A stretch of 64,000 nt of DNA from contig NW_027192224.1 in the NCBI RefSeq assembly GCF_041956535.1, positions 60,195 to 124,194 of the forward strand. Direction: 5' to 3'. Position numbers and translations under genes: made by a program. Origin of the DNA: Calcarisporiella thermophila CBS 279.70. Its lineage: Eukaryota; Fungi; Calcarisporiellomycota. This document shows, in pieces, positions 17,301 through 31,855 of this stretch. The notes below the pieces were generated by a model. The model had not been told where the DNA came from and searched no databases. It was given only the letters and a program-made list of their open reading frames with translations. Each line of letters opens with the position of its first letter. The stretch's first letter is position 1.

Positions 17301-18497
17301 GACAGCATATATGCTGCGTTGTTTAATGAGGAACTCGGTGCAGTGGTCCAAGTACGTGCCGATAAGCTCGAGAAGCTTCGCAGTGTGTTCCAAAACTGCG
17401 GGTTCCCATCCGAGTTCATCCACGACATAGGCACCGTGGGATCGGATGAGGCGTTTTCGATACGTATAGGTGCCGATAACGAGTCAGTGTTCACAAGCAC
17501 CCGCTCCGACCTTCAGCGCTCCTGGGCGGAAACTTCATACTTGATGCAATCCCTACGTGATAACTCGGCTTGTGCTCAAGAAGAGTATGATGGAATTTTA
17601 GACTCCGACGCCCCCGGGATCACATATCAACTTTCCTACACTCCCGTACCCACCCCAGAGCGCTTGCTTTCTCAACCGAGACCACGCGTGGCAATCTTGC
17701 GTGAGCAAGGTGTCAATGGCCAGATAGAAATGGCCTTCGCATTCCACAAAGCTGGATTTGCCTCCGTCGATGTACACATGTCTGATCTCATCAACGGCAG
17801 CGTTACCCTTAAAGACTTCCATGGTTTGGCCGCTTGCGGTGGCTTTTCTTACGGAGACGTATTGGGTGCCGCATCAGGATGGGCTAAATCGGCTCTTCTT
17901 AGTGAACGTGCAAGGGGAGAGTTCCGTGATTTCTTTGCTAGAAAGGATACATTCGGATTGGGTGTGTGCAATGGCTGCCAGTTCTTGTCCCAGATGAGAG
18001 AAGTTATCCCCGGCACCGAAGCCTGGCCTTACTTCCGCCGCAATCGGAGCGAACAATACGAGTCTCGTGTTTGCATGGTCGCCATTGACAAGCCCAAGGG
18101 TGGTGTAACCTCCATCTTTTTCCAAGGAATGGAGGGCTCCAAACTTCCCATCGCGGTCGCGCATGGTGAAGGAAGGGCTGAGTTTGTCAGTGGAGACAGC
18201 CAAATTCGGGAGTGCACCGACTCTGGTCTCGTCGCCCTGCAGTATGTTGACGGTCGCGGAGAAGCCACAGAACGGTATCCTATGAATCCCAATGGCTCTC
18301 CTCTTGGCATCACGGGCGTTCAAACTCCAGATGGTCGCGTTTTGGCCATGATGCCCCATCCGGAAAGAGTGGCCGGTCTACCTCAAACAAATTCGTATCT
18401 GCCTCAAGACTATTACGAGCGGTATGGAGAAATTGCCCCTTGGTTCCAGATGTTTGTGAATGCAAGGATGTGGGTTGAACAGGTGCTCGCAAAATAA
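14372..18497 (+). CDS. ADE6: Phosphoribosylformylglycinamidine (FGAM) synthase, large-type PurL; intron 15326-15389
   Basis: [42 protein letters not shown] (across the intron), HDVGAGG, glutaminase motifs GVCNGCQ and MMPHPER. Confidence 0.97.
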
Positions 18498-18854
18498 TAG
18501 ATCTTTGATTTTTCTAATACTTGTCACTCCTATGCTATGTTGCAATAATAAGTATTATATTTGATATGTATGAGAAAATCCCAAACAATTTATAAAAAAG
18601 AGTATATATTTTATTATGAAAGATATCGATGCTATGAATAACAAAGGAGCGACAGAGTGAGAAAAGCAGCTCACCTCAAAATCCACTTGCATAAATTTAA
18701 TGAATGGTTTATATGGTTGGGCATATTCTATAAATATGAGTTGGAAGAAGAAATAAAAATATCGGGAAGAAGCTGGAATGATTTTGCGGAAACAAAAAAA
18801 AAACAAGATAAATATACAAAATATCTGTCAATTGAAATACTCAATTAGATTAAT

Positions 18855-21800
18855 TCAAGGTGATTGGGACGTCAGCGCGGACATTGCCATGTCAAGACCC
18901 CATGAGCACCGTTCGAGAGCATTTTTGGACTCTTCTCTTCCAAATCCATGTCCCTCTAACCAGTGCACCTTAGCCTCGCGAACTTTCTGGTCCAACAGTG
19001 TACACCAAGCGGCCTCAACCTCCATTTTCACCTCGCTTCTCTTCTTTGGCACGACCCGCTTAATGGTTATTGTGAACCCCGCTCCAATAGGCCGATGATC
19101 AGAAATACGGCACTCAAAACGTCGGTAAAAGTGCTGCTGTATGTGTTTTCCGCGATAGAGGATTCGATCGCACCAAGCAGGAACTCTCCTTTTTTCGGAG
19201 GTATCATATTGATCGTAGCCAGGGTCGTACTTGTAAGTGGGTGCAAAGTCAATTGGACCCTCCGAGAATGCTCGCAACCTGAACAGGGGATTCCGCATTC
19301 TTTCCTTCACAAGTTGATCGTGCTCTAACAGCGAGACAAAGTCCCCCTCCATTATCTTTGAAATCACGGCTTCTCTCTTCATGTCGATTCGATAATTAAG
19401 ATCTCCGCTTAAAAAGCAGATTTCGTGATCGAGTACCATGGAACCATCGCCACCTCCCACAAATACATTCTCAAACTCACCCCCGCTGTGGCATGGTCGA
19501 GGGTCGAGGTCAGCTGTTTCAAGGATGGTTGTAGAATCGTTGTTGCGCTCACGAGTGTGGCTCTGTCCCGCAGCAAGATGGCAATTGACAAAGCAAATCG
19601 AAGTATCCTCGATTACCATCCTTACGATAATACCACCCTATTTCCAAATAACATGTCAGACTCAACGTAAACTATTTTATAGGTTGAAATTCCTTTTTAC
19701 CTTGTTTCCATGATATCCTTTAAGCCCCGTCTTAACAAGAGTTAAGCCTTTGTCCCGAAGGTGTGGTAGCTCAGTGTCTCTGATAAAAATACAACTGAAC
19801 AATCCCATCAAATCCGCTGATTTAATGAGCGTATAAGATTCTCCGGGGAAATAATCTCGCAGAGCTCGTACAAGTCGGTCATGCCAGAGGCGACAACGAT
19901 GCGTCATCTCTTCCTCCTGTTGGGTGTTATTCTTCTTCTTTCCGGCCAAAAACACCTCTAAAATTATAGAGTGTATTTAAATATTCAATATGAGCATGAA
20001 TTTGAAGGGAGAAGAGAAAAAGCCCCCACTTACTCGCATTATTCTTTTTACTCTCCAAGTTCACAATTTCTTGAAAACCAATCGAGATAATATCAGGTGT
20101 TTCTAGAGGAGTGAGCCATTGTTTTAAAAAGTTGAAATCAGAAGAAGTTGCTTCTAAATCATAAGGTTTGCACGCATCAACATTCCAAGAGCATAACAAC
20201 ACTCGGAGATCTCGATATGAACAGTAGTCGGATTCGCGTAGGCGCATTTGTGCATCTGATACAGATAATTTTAAAGCTTTAAACCATAAGTGAGAACGCC
20301 AATATATATTGATAGATTACCTCTCCAATCAAGGCCCATCAGGCCATCCCACATTTTAATGTTTCCTTGGTCGCTCATGCTTGCAACTTGAAGCCGATGC
20401 TCAGTTTGAAAACGGTCTGATTTTAACAAGCTAGAGTAATCCAATTGTAGAGTCTGTACTGTTGAGCTGTGCGCCTTCCAATCTTTGACTACTAGCCAAG
20501 GTGCCTTATTCATATCGTATACGTATATTTTTCCCGTGTTGAACCCTGCCCATAAATAATCACCAACACCCAGCAGGCAGGAAATCCCGTATATCGATAT
20601 AGGAACAATAGCATTTTTCACACAAGAACGCGCATCCCACACCGACACTTTGCCGTCGTCATGACCGATGTATACGTTCGAGCCCAGGCACGTCATCGTA
20701 GTGATATTACCAATCCCCATACTAAGTTGTATAGGTCGAATCACCATTGATCCCGTCTGAACCGGATCAAACACTTCAAGTGTTCGACCGCTTGCAGTCC
20801 ATAGATGATCTCCGGCAACGAGTGCAACATTCTGCTTCAAAGCAACACGAAATTGTCGACCAGTCCGCTCTAGAGATACATATCCAGCCTCTTTATCCGA
20901 CCAGACCTGCAACACTCCATTATCATCCAATGTCCAAAGCTGCGAGTTTTGATATCTCAGTATATGATTCACAGCTTTGCTGTGGGCCGTAGACCTACTC
21001 TCCACAATCGTTCCCGAATGACAATCCATAGCGATCAACCCACCATCACTCATTCCGCACCATACATATCTTCCTTCTTCCTCTGGGTTACGTGCAGGTC
21101 GGAATCCCAGTGATGTGACAAATTTATCATTTTTATATGTGTGCACATGGATATTTTCGCCCGTATTCAAATCCCACACACGAATGGAATGTGTTCCTGT
21201 AACGACAAAACTGCCTGCAACAGCCAGGGACCGCGAGTTGGCTCGACTTTGAACCTCAAGTCGCTTGTGAGGAGAGAAGTCAGGCGGATTGCGATTGGAA
21301 GCAGTGACATCCGGAAAAGTTTCAGCCATCAATGTAAAAGATCCGGATTCCGCGTTGGAAGACGAGGAGAAAGTAGCAGTACTTCGAATCGAAGTTGAGC
21401 GCGCTAAACTTCCGCTTCTTGCAAGCGGGCGTGGTGGCAGTGGAGGTTCTGAAAGATCTGTACCTGAAGGTAAAATAGATGGCAATTCTGGTCGGATCGA
21501 GTCCGACGGCTTTTTCACGGTAGTTGCTACAGCCTTTACTCGATCAATTGCTGCACCAGTTGGTCTTGGAGGCAGACGTGGAGGTGGAGTTGCACCAGTA
21601 GCCGATGGTTCCGGTAACGTGTTGGGACGTGGAGGTAAAGATGGGGGTGGCACTGTATGGATATTTCGTGTAGCGAGAGTGTTCATCTCGGACTCGTTGA
21701 CGGACATTGCACGGCCTAATACCGTTGGTTCATAGACCTCATCTTCGTCCTCATCCCCATCCTCATCCGAGCTATCAAGTTGCTTTTCCTTACTCCTCTC

Positions 21801-22610
21801 GAGTTCGTCGTCTTCAATAAAAGGGTTCTTCGGGTAAGTCTGATAAGCCTGCTCCGGAGATTCAGATAAAGCTGCTCTATGGTTAGCCATTGACTCTCCT
21901 TTATTCGTATCCATACTCGATGTAGAATATTGGTGGTTATGTTCTCTCTCCTTTAAATCGCTCGATTTTGCAGCCTCCAGTTGCGACATATTAAAAATGG
22001 CCAGTTTTTCCTTAAAAGACAAGCTGTCTGCAGGTTCAATCACAGGGGAGGGTTGCGAAGATGAGGATAGACTTTGTGGAGAGACTAAACCGTGCTTATC
22101 TGAGAATGGATCTTGATCCTCATGGGAGTCATCAAATGGGTTGGCATTTTTTGGATTTGGAAAGGGTATTGGAAGTGTGCTCGAATTTCGCTCCGACGAA
22201 GTGTATTTGCCATTTGTCTTCATCACTGGTGACGATGCAGATGAAATCGGAGTAGGAGCCTGTGTGGGTATTACTGATCGATTATTATTAGATGAAATCC
22301 CTGCTGGTTTTGGAGCTAGTGGAGGAGGTGCTGGTTTTCCTGCTGCAGATTTCGGGGGAGAATAAGCGAGTAAAACCGGGTGTGGTGGTGGTTTCAAACT
22401 GGCAGCATTATCGAGTTGAGAGGCTATTGCCGAAACTCTCCTCCCCACCTTTATAGATATTGGGGTAGTCGATGTGGATATAGAACTTGACTTTTGTTCC
22501 CCTCCATCCGACGTGATAGTAGCTTTACGCTCTAAGCTAGCAATTAAATCACGTAGAGCAGGACGTTGTGGTTCTTCTACATCAGCGTCCGATCTTCGAC
22601 TCTTTTCCAT
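18855..22610 (-). CDS. Inositol polyphosphate 5-phosphatase with Pro-rich N-terminus and WD40-like propeller; 4 exons
   Basis: 5-phosphatase motifs SWNV, IGFQE, NCHLAAGQ, SGDLNYR, PTYKYD and PAWCDRIL; WD-like repeats (IRVWD, KVSVWD, KIYVYD, IKMWD) upstream. Confidence 0.92.
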
Positions 22611-23788
22611 ATGTAGTTACGAAATGCATGTAATAAAATTAAAAAAAAAAAACGCAAAGACAAAGTGTTCTCTTAGAAAGAAATGGTTGAAACGTCATCT
22701 GGGACTGCTCTTAAATCCTATTTTCCCTAAATAGCTTCGACCAGCTTTCTTTCGAAATTTCTATTTATATATCAGAATGTTCGTTTCTTGGTCCAAGTTG
22801 ACGCTTCGAGTGTTTATATATTCTTACTATCTGTATTAATGAGATATGTATGTCAAAATATGTCTTCCTGAATACTTTCATGCAGGTGTCAATTGACCAA
22901 TATTGTTTGGATTTCAAAGTAATATGAAATTCTATCAAAACACTTTATTTCGTATAAAATTATTCTATAGCATATTTAATAAGCAGTCATAGTTTTTGTA
23001 TGAAATTCATTAACAAATATACTCTTAGCATTTGGGAAACATTGACATTTAATCTTTATGCTTCCTAAAGACAATAACAAACCTATATAGGTGCGAGAAT
23101 GCGCGCTTGGATGCAAGTTTACTACCATTCGACTTGACGACCGATACATATGTTACTGTTCACTGTTGAAGGAACAGAAAATTGGCATTGTTCTAATGAA
23201 AAGATCACATCCACTCAAGTGTATACATGCAGATATACCAGTGCTTTGTCGGGTATTCAAATAAAGCTGATAATTAAAATAGAGGTGTAATGGATATAGA
23301 ATGTAGCTATTCGACAGTTCGTTCTCTAGGAGGTTGTAGTTCTAAAATGCGTAACAGTCGCAAGCAGTTGAAATAAAGATTATTGGGACTCTCTCCAAAT
23401 TTTCATTTTTTCGGTAACTAGAACAATGTGGTTCAATTCTTACACCATTTGCGGGACGGTTGAATTAATTTTCCATACTAGTTATTACGTGAAGCGATTG
23501 CGTGAATTAATCATCGCCTAGTGAACATATATGGCAATCTCTATTTACTCGGATAATTAGTGCTCCTTGGATGTGCATATTAGAGTTGACTATTCACAAA
23601 GGCAGAAACGGAATCATCGGGAGATTGCATCCGTTGAATTTCGGAGTATGGGAAAACTAGTTGATAATTAAAGTTGGATGATATAACTTTTGAAATGGAA
23701 TTCTACAATATAAATAAGGATAGTGGAGGGCCTATTTCACACTCTTTATCCAGCAAAACAAGCACCAAAAGCAAACCATTTTACAAAC

Positions 23789-24588
23789 ATGTCTCAGAAC
23801 CAAGGCCTAGTCTTCTATACCACAAACGAATGTCCATTCTGGCAACGCGCGGCTATCGCAATGAAGGAACTTGGCGTCGTCCCGGATGAAGTAATCATCA
23901 TCGATCTTGCCAATAAGCCCGAATGGTATGGAGTCTTGTACAGAGCAGTGATTGAAGAAGACACTAATCAATGTTGTTTTCGAATTTCAAATCCTCTAGG
24001 TATTATAAAATCCACCCCGAAGGAAGAGTACCAGCCCTCAAGGTGGGCGATAAAGTGCTCATCGAGTCGCTTGTTATCTTGGAATATTTGTTGGAAAAGT
24101 ACGGAAAGGGAAAGAGGTAAGAGCAGGAAGCGAAGGGTATGTTCGCATAGAGTTTATATTTATCTTGCCTTCATTTTCCTCCCTCCCATAGCCCTCAGGT
24201 CCAAGACCACCTCATCCGTGCTGAGTCCCGATTGTTCGTGAGCCTTTTTGAGACGGTGTTCCCTAAATTCTTCCAGATATTTTCCGTCGGCCCAGAGGCT
24301 CATGAAGATTTCCTCAAAGGATTACGCGAACTCAACAAATTCCTAGTGAAACAATCCGAGGGGCCATTCTTCCTGGGAGAGGAATTCACTTACGCAGATA
24401 TCGCAGTTGCCCCGTTCTTTGCACGGTTTCCCATGATTCAAGAATTTGGTCTAGAGATTCCAGAGACAAAAGAATATGAACGTGTTAACGCGTATGGACG
24501 AGCGTTGCGATCGCGTCCGAGTGTCTTAGCGACTAACCCAGATTGGAAACAATTGCGGAAGCATGTCGACCGTTACAGGAAGAAATAA
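23789..24588 (+). CDS. Glutathione S-transferase, omega/Cys-type (exons 23789-23925, 24000-24116, 24192-24588)
   Basis: ECPFWQRA active-site motif, NKPEWYYKIHPEGRVPAL, ESLVILEYL, GPFFLGEEFTYADIAVAPF. Confidence 0.9.
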
Positions 24589-25490
24589 GGACTAAGTAGA
24601 CCGCAAGGGGTATACAGAGAAGCAGAAATGGGTGTGAAGCCTCTAGTGCATAATTGAAGTAATTGTGCTATTATGTGAAACAATAAAACTGAAAGTTGGA
24701 ATTATACATGGTTCGTTATGTGCAAAAAAAGTTTGAACACGTATTCTATAATTTATTACCAACGGGTCAACTCTTTCTTATGCACAAAGCTACTATTCAA
24801 TAAAATTGACATTACAGTGATATAATCTCGGATCTGTATATTTCCCCTTCTATGTCTTTCTCTTTTTGGCTTTGAATACATTCACATTCAGAGATTCTGA
24901 AACCTCTCCAAGCCAGAACATTGTAGTGTTAAGTCTGCTGTATTAGTGCACTACTAATATTAATACAAATCAAAAGGGCAATCGGGATATTGGATAACTA
25001 GAAAGAGATTTGCCAATGAAATATAGATTAGCAATAAGGACAAAGAAAATGAATATTATCTAAACTTGCAAAATTTATGAGACACTAACTAATTAACATC
25101 AGATCAGGAAGTATATACTGTAGGAAGGAAAGGAGATGAAAATAAATTAGTGTCGAACGGATCACCTAAAATTTGAGAGGAAAGCTTAGGATTATATGGA
25201 ATTATATGGAAAAATGTGATAAATTAATTATATGATAAGTGACAAAAACCGCGCAATAACTAGTTTAAATATCTTATGTGAATCTGCTACTACCTCAAGG
25301 TTGACATGACCAAACACTTGTAAGCATAATTCTAAGCGATTTTTCTAGTTTTTGTTCTCTCTTTGCAACTTGCAACTAAAATTGCCCTCTATTGATAATA
25401 TAAATAGTCACATTCTAATATTTTCATTCAAATTGTCTCCGACAACCTTAATAATGAGTCGCTAGTTTACTCATAAGCATCTTCAAAAAT

Positions 25491-27040
25491 ATGCTACTAC
25501 GGAATCTCCATATTCGCCCTTCTTTAACATGTTGTCAAAGATACCAATGCTCACGCTATTTTGGATCAACACCTACAATATGTTCAGAGAATAAACACGA
25601 AGACCTTGATAAGAAGGTTATTTCTACAGAAAAAATAGGTGAAGGCGAGGTAGCCGCGTCCATGCCGCAAGAATTTCATGGGAGAGATAAATCTGTTGAA
25701 CAAAAGTTGCTTGGCAAAGTATTTTTCTGCATTTCTTCACTCGCTTTCCAAAACTAAATAGAATTTTTAATGACCTCCAGGGAAGTAATTTTGTTGACTT
25801 CACCCGAATAATTGTCCAAGGAGGCAAAGGTGGCGACGGAGCTGTAGCCTTTAATCGAGAAATATTTAAACCCAAAGGCCCGCCCTCAGGTGGGAATGGT
25901 GGTCGTGGTGGGAATGTTATATTCATCGCTACATCAAATGAGAGTAGCTTAGGATCTATCCCTAAACTATGTGTCGCGGGGCGAGGCGGTAACGGGGGAG
26001 GGAAATGGATGAGTGGGAAATTGGGCGAGGACTTGGTGGTTAAAGTGCCTCTTGGGACGGTAGTGAAGGAGATTGATCTGCCAACCAACGAGCTAGAGAA
26101 GAATCGAGATGAATTGAGCGAAGAGGAGAAGGAGAGTGAGCTGGAATTGGAGCGAGAAAGACGGTGGGTACACTACCCTCGCTTCGAGGAGCAAAACGTT
26201 GCTGGTAGCTATTTTCGAGAAGCTGAAGCACGTATCCAGCGCGATCTTCGGCGTAGCATGAAGCACGAAAATAAATATCACAAAAGGATAGATTTAGACT
26301 TGACGGAAGAAGGGGAATATATTGTAGCTCGAGGTGGGGAGGGTGGATATGGCAACCCTCACTTCCTTACCAACGAGAACCGTTCTCCAAAATTCGCCAC
26401 ACGTGGACAGGATGGACAGAGGCGACTTTTAGAGCTTGAGTTGCGCACTATTGCCGATGCGGGTCTGGTTGGCCTCCCAAATGCGGGCAAATCCTCCCTT
26501 CTGCGAGCTGTTTCAAACGCGATGCCCCGCGTGGCCTCGTATCCTTTCACCACACTAAACCCATATCTTGGCACCATTGACTTCCCTGACCGGCGCCGCA
26601 TAACCCTCGCAGATATCCCAGGACTAATCCGAGGCGCGCACAGAAATATCGGACTTGGTCACGCATTTCTACGACATATCGAACGCAACAAAGTATTGGT
26701 ATATGTGATAGATGTTGCACAGGCGGAACCCTGGCGGGACTGGTGCGTCTTAAGAGAAGAGCTGGAGCTATATTCGCCTGGGCTAACTCAGCGACCCAGT
26801 TTGATCGTTGCAAATAAGGCGGATGTACTGCCAGTGGCAAAAGAGTCTCTTCCTCGACTAAGAGAGTGGATTGAGAGATGGGGAAATGAAGAGGCTAACC
26901 GAGAATTGCCGGAAATTGTGCCAGTGTCAGCAAAATATAGATCTAATGTGAAGAAGTTGCTTGAGGCTCTTAGAAGGAAGGTAGAGCTGGTGGAGGAGCA
27001 GGAGAGAAAAGTCAATAACTCATCAAAAATGGAGTTGTAA
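25491..27040 (+). CDS. MTG2: Mitochondrial Obg-family GTPase; intron 25719-25780
   Basis: Basic presequence-like N-terminus; Gly-rich Obg fold (FVDFTRIIVQGGKGGDG, GPPSGGNGGRGG); G motifs GLPNAGKS, YPFTT, DIPG, NKAD, SAK. Confidence 0.93.
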
Positions 27041-27305
27041 ATAGTAAAATTGGATATGACTTGTTGTATTAGGGGATGTTTAAATATAAGTTATCCTGAC
27101 GGACAAGAAATTGTTTAGACGTGGCCAATTCGATGAAAGCCAAAACATTTTTTCCCTCTCTCTTATAAAAAAAAAACTGCAAAACAAACAAATTGAAATA
27201 TTGGTAAATGCGTTAATATACACAAAATTAATGAAGGCAACACGTATATAAAAAATAAATTACTACAAATACTTCCTTAATGTCCAAATTCATTTAAATA
27301 AAGAT

Positions 27306-30300
27306 CTACGAATAATAATGGGGAAACATTCCTCGTTGTGCATCGGTCCCAACCCCCATCATCTCTGGGCTGACTTCTGAAGGCTGGGTGTATTTCTGTG
27401 GGTTTACAAATCCAGTAACATTCGATACAGGCATTTCGCCGTGTATCGGTCTCCCATAATCGACTGACAGAGAGGAGGCGGGATCAGAAACAGAAGTCGG
27501 CACAGGCATATTAAAAGACCGCTTTCCTACTGACATTTCATATCCGGGGGCATGTTGGGCTTCGCTGCTAAACACAAAAGAGCCTTCGGGCGCTCGATTT
27601 TGGGCGGGCTTGTTCTCTTGTAGAAATGGAAATCGTCCAGATAACTGGGATATAAAGGAGTCAAAGGTCTGGTTTAAATTTTGCGATTGGGAGAGTTCAA
27701 AGGCATGCTCGGGGAGGTTGTAATACTCGGCACTGTATTCGGCGTATTTGTTATTTGGTGAAATCCCGCTACCTACTTTAGGAGGCTCATACACAGGGGT
27801 TTCCAACATTTCGATCTCCGAATTGGGGGAGTCCTCTTCTCCGATCCTCAAGTCACTACTCAGCTCCAGGGCCTTTGCCTCCCATCTTGAATCTACGCCT
27901 TCTTCTGCGTCCATATACTTTCGATTCTTATTTACATCATCTGAGGCACTATCGTTGGAGGACCATCCAAGCTCATAATAACACTCCCATCCTGAAAGAG
28001 AGCATTTAGAGCACGGCATCTGTGCATCACATGGAAAATTATGCAGATAGCACAATTGACATGATACTCGTGGTCGTGACAGCGCAAGGGGGGCATTTGT
28101 ATCCACTGCCAAATTTCGTTGTTCTTCCTCGGGCAGGCCCAAGATTTGCTCTCTAACACCCTCTCCGCCATGTGCTTCATCAATAACTGCAGTTGTTTGT
28201 GCGAAAGGAGGGGTTGGATTTGGTTTTGGCAGTGGAAATGCTTGAGGTTTCGCCAGGATGTTCTTTTGACGCGGCGGCCGCTGGGATTTTATCTTGCGTT
28301 GTTTTGGGGATGCAGCCGGAGGTTCAACTGCGCTTGCGGATTTCGGCGAAATATTGAAAGCCATGATCGTAGGCTCAGCTGTTTTCGAACTGTCAGTTTG
28401 CGGAGATTTGCGTTTAGGGTGAATAGCCGAGAGAGACTGAAATGAAATAAAAAAAAGAGTATTGGAATTAAAGAAGAACAGTAATGTAACTTTGACTACG
28501 GCTTTATAAATATCTAGTAATGAATGGAGTATAAGAATCACCTTTAAGAAAGTCTCGGCTGCTGTGATTGCTTTCTTCCCTTCCTCGGGAGAAACAAAAT
28601 CTCTCTGCATTGAAAGTTGATGTAAAGTTTTTACCCCACGAACCAACAGCGTTTGAGCACGATCTATGATGTCACTGTTGTGTGCATTCATGCACAAAAT
28701 CAGAGCCGAGCATCCCTGAATGCAGGAATATACAATTGCACCCTGGGTAATAATTATGTTGTCTGATGAGGTAGCAAGATAAGAAGTAATGCGCACAAGA
28801 TTGTCTCCAATAGCAACCAGCTCAGGAATTGGCCTCCGCTTTTGTTTTTTAGCATTCCAAAACACAATACCAATTGAAGCAAGGTTGAAAAACATGTGGA
28901 GATCTAATACATATATTGAAATAAAGACATGTTAGCATGTTGAATTAGGTATAAAAGGAAAATGCGGGAAACAAAGTGCTAACTTACGACCAACAATGGT
29001 AGAAGAGGGTTCAGCCCCTTGTGGTAATGGGACACCAATATCGGTTGATAGTTTTAGTGAATCTGGCAATTCGGCGTTCCAGTTCTTTAACCTTTGCTCG
29101 ACCTTGGATATTTTTTCGTCCACATCTTCGTCTGATGGCAATCGGCACATATGGTCAAGAATCTCTATAATCTTGGCCAAGTGGTATAAATTTTGCTCTG
29201 CTTGCTTTTCTTCCTCGAGGTACTCTAGCTCCCACTCCTCTCTCCTACAACTTTCATCCCAGATGGGTAGAGGAGTCGTAACTGAGTTTGAGTGGATCAT
29301 GTATGGGCGATCGAGCGCAAGAGCAAAGAGTCGATCTAGGATAAAGCAGCTCCAAAAAACTCGTATTCTTATATCGCGCTCAACGCCCGGTTCAAGGTCT
29401 GCTTGGTATCTGTTTAACCTACAATCGAAACACATGCGACATGCCATTCCTACAAACATCCAGCTCAGAGATGAACGCCGGCGTTGATCAAGACTGGGAT
29501 CTTCATAGAGTGACATAAGAAGGAGTGCCTGGATAGTGCTAACTCGGGGGACATCAAGAAAATCGGCAAGGATACGCCTCGCTTGTTCGAAATAGTCTAT
29601 AGCTGGCCGATCACGTAACGGTTCTGGTGAATGCTTTGTTGCCAATGCGAGTACAATGCTTCTCAGTAGTGGAGATAGATTCTCTTTTTCTCGCATCTTC
29701 ATCGTGTATTCTGCTCGGTGTAAAATAGGAATGTGATTTCTCTTGTTGAAAAACACTTGAACCAGTCGTTCCTCTACATGGTCAGGAGGCCATTCCAAGT
29801 TTCTAGCATCTATCCCGCGCAACGTAGAGTTAGAGATCGGGGGCTCAGGCTTGAACACAGGCTGGGACATTCGTTGCACAGCAAACTCGGTACCCTTGTC
29901 TGAAGGCTCACCCTCGCCTGTATGCACCGTTAGATTAGCAAGTGATTGTTGTAGAGCGCCAAGCATATCGATGTTATCAGAATTTTCCAATGATTGTTGT
30001 TTGTTCCCTTTGTTTGAATTAGTGCGAGAAGATGTTGGAAAAGGCGAAGGTAAGGATTGCAGTTGCACCTCAAAAAAAGAATCCGTGGTGCATGCTTCCG
30101 ATCCCGGGGAATCAAGTTGGAATTCTATTAATTCACCCGAGCTCTCCCGCCCATAGTTGCAAGACTGAACACGGGCCTTGCATTGCATACAAGGAAAGAG
30201 CTAATAAACAGATAATGTAATTATGAATTAAGCAACGACGCTAAATTGATAGCCGCTAGTAGATGACTTACACCATCGCACTTTATCTTTTTCCGCCGGC

Positions 30301-30364
30301 AAGGCTGACACGCACGGCCCACCTTTAACCGTTTTGTGCGCGTTTCTTCGCTGGCCGCAAACAT
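27306..30364 (-). CDS. Zn(II)2Cys6 transcription factor with Fungal_trans domain and a second C-terminal Zn2Cys6-like cluster
   Basis: Exon 1 (30364-30272) plus exon 2 give CQPCRRKKIKCDGLFPCMQCKARVQSC; the middle region has TIQALLLMS, ACRMCFDCRL and RIRVFWSCFILDR; a second C-x2-C-x6-C-x5-C-x2-C-x6-C lies at 27981-28061. Confidence 0.9.
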
Positions 30365-31369
30365 AAATAAATTAAATTAGATTGTGATGAGAGAAAGAGA
30401 ATTAATTCTGTGATGGATATAGATATGGGTTGGATCAAGCTATTGAGACTAATTTAAGATAAGTAGATGTAAAATTAATAGAGAAATGAACTATTCAGCC
30501 ATGCACAAAAATAACGGATTTTCTTCTCGAATAGCAGTTAAGAGCGGATCGATTAAACCCCAGAGCATGGATTAATAGAACATTACTGCGGAATGATTTT
30601 TAAGTTTCGATATTAGCAAAATATTAGCTTATTTATTTATTTCAATGGTAATATACACTTTATTTCTTCTTTTTCGGTGGTTTCAAGGGAATTGTTTTCA
30701 GCTCGCGGCCAGCCCTAATTCCAGGAAAAGATTTCAACATGTACTCATTTGGAATGGTAAATTATCCGCCTTACCGATAATGCTCTGTCCATGCAAGTAT
30801 CCATCTAACAGGGGGAAAATTAGACAAAAAAAAAATGAAACAAAATGCGAATTGACATCAAAAACATGGCAGACTTACTTTCGTTGCTTTGGAGTCAGCC
30901 CCATTTCCTTCATTTCTAAACTAGTTGCGGTAAAGAGATGATTCCAATCCTATGGATGAATTAAATCATTAGTCTTCAACTTGTCGCTATTTCGCATGAC
31001 ATAAAAATAAACTTTACTTTAAACTTATCCGCGACACCCTCACAACCTCGCCCAATCTTTTGTAAGAAAGTGGTGGGATCGGACACGTCACCTGCTCAAC
31101 GCACGAAGCTTGAATAATGTTTATCAAATCATGAAGTATAAACATTTGGCATTACCTCTGGGAGAGGGGACACTCTTATTAACAGCTGAATGGGACCAAC
31201 GCTTTAGCAAGTTGAGGGATCTCGGCACTAATCGATTTACAACCAACATTTTATTTATAATAAAATATGGATCTAATATAATATATTATCTAGTCGAAAT
31301 AAAAGAAGAGTATGTTTACAAGAATATATAATCTGCGCCACACGATGGTTCTCGTGAAATGGTAACTAT

Positions 31370-31855
31370 CTAAAGAGGATTTAACCAAGTCTTCTTCGCC
31401 TGTTTCTTCTTCGTTTTCTTTTTTTTCTTTTTGTCCTTTTTTGCCATCTGAGAGTACATAAACTCAAGTGGGTTAGGGCCAAAACCTGCAAACGCAAACG
31501 GATAATATCCGCCCGGTAGCAGCGGTGGAAACGAAGGGGGATATGATGAAGGAAGCATTGTAGAAGGTATTGAGCTTGCTGTATTATTATCTCCCAACTT
31601 CAGACTATCTTTTCCTTTGGATGATGCAGATGCTGAAGATGGTGTATGAGTCTTCGATAAAAGATTAGCCTTGGAATATTCTTTAGACTGAAAAAAGCCT
31701 CGTTTTGCAAGTTGTGAATAACCTGGAGCGCATAAGGTGTCTAGAGGGAGCATAAGTTTGTCCGGATGGGTTTGCTTGAGATGTGCCTGGAGAGAGGTTG
31801 CAGTGGTGTAGTATTCTTTGCAGTAAGGGCAGGGAAGGGAAAGCGTTTCACCCAT
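31370..31855 (-). CDS. Small single C2H2 zinc-finger protein with Lys-rich C-terminus
   Basis: CPYCKEYYTTATSLQAHLKQTH fits C-x2-C-x12-H-x4-H; 161-aa ORF with a poly-K NLS-like tail. Confidence 0.75.
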   Translation of the reverse strand: MGETLSLPCPYCKEYYTTATSLQAHLKQTHPDKLMLPLDTLCAPGYSQLAKRGFFQSKEYSKANLLSKTHTPSSASASSKGKDSLKLGDNNTASSIPSTMLPSSYPPSFPPLLPGGYYPFAFAGFGPNPLEFMYSQMAKKDKKKKKKTKKKQAKKTWLNPL

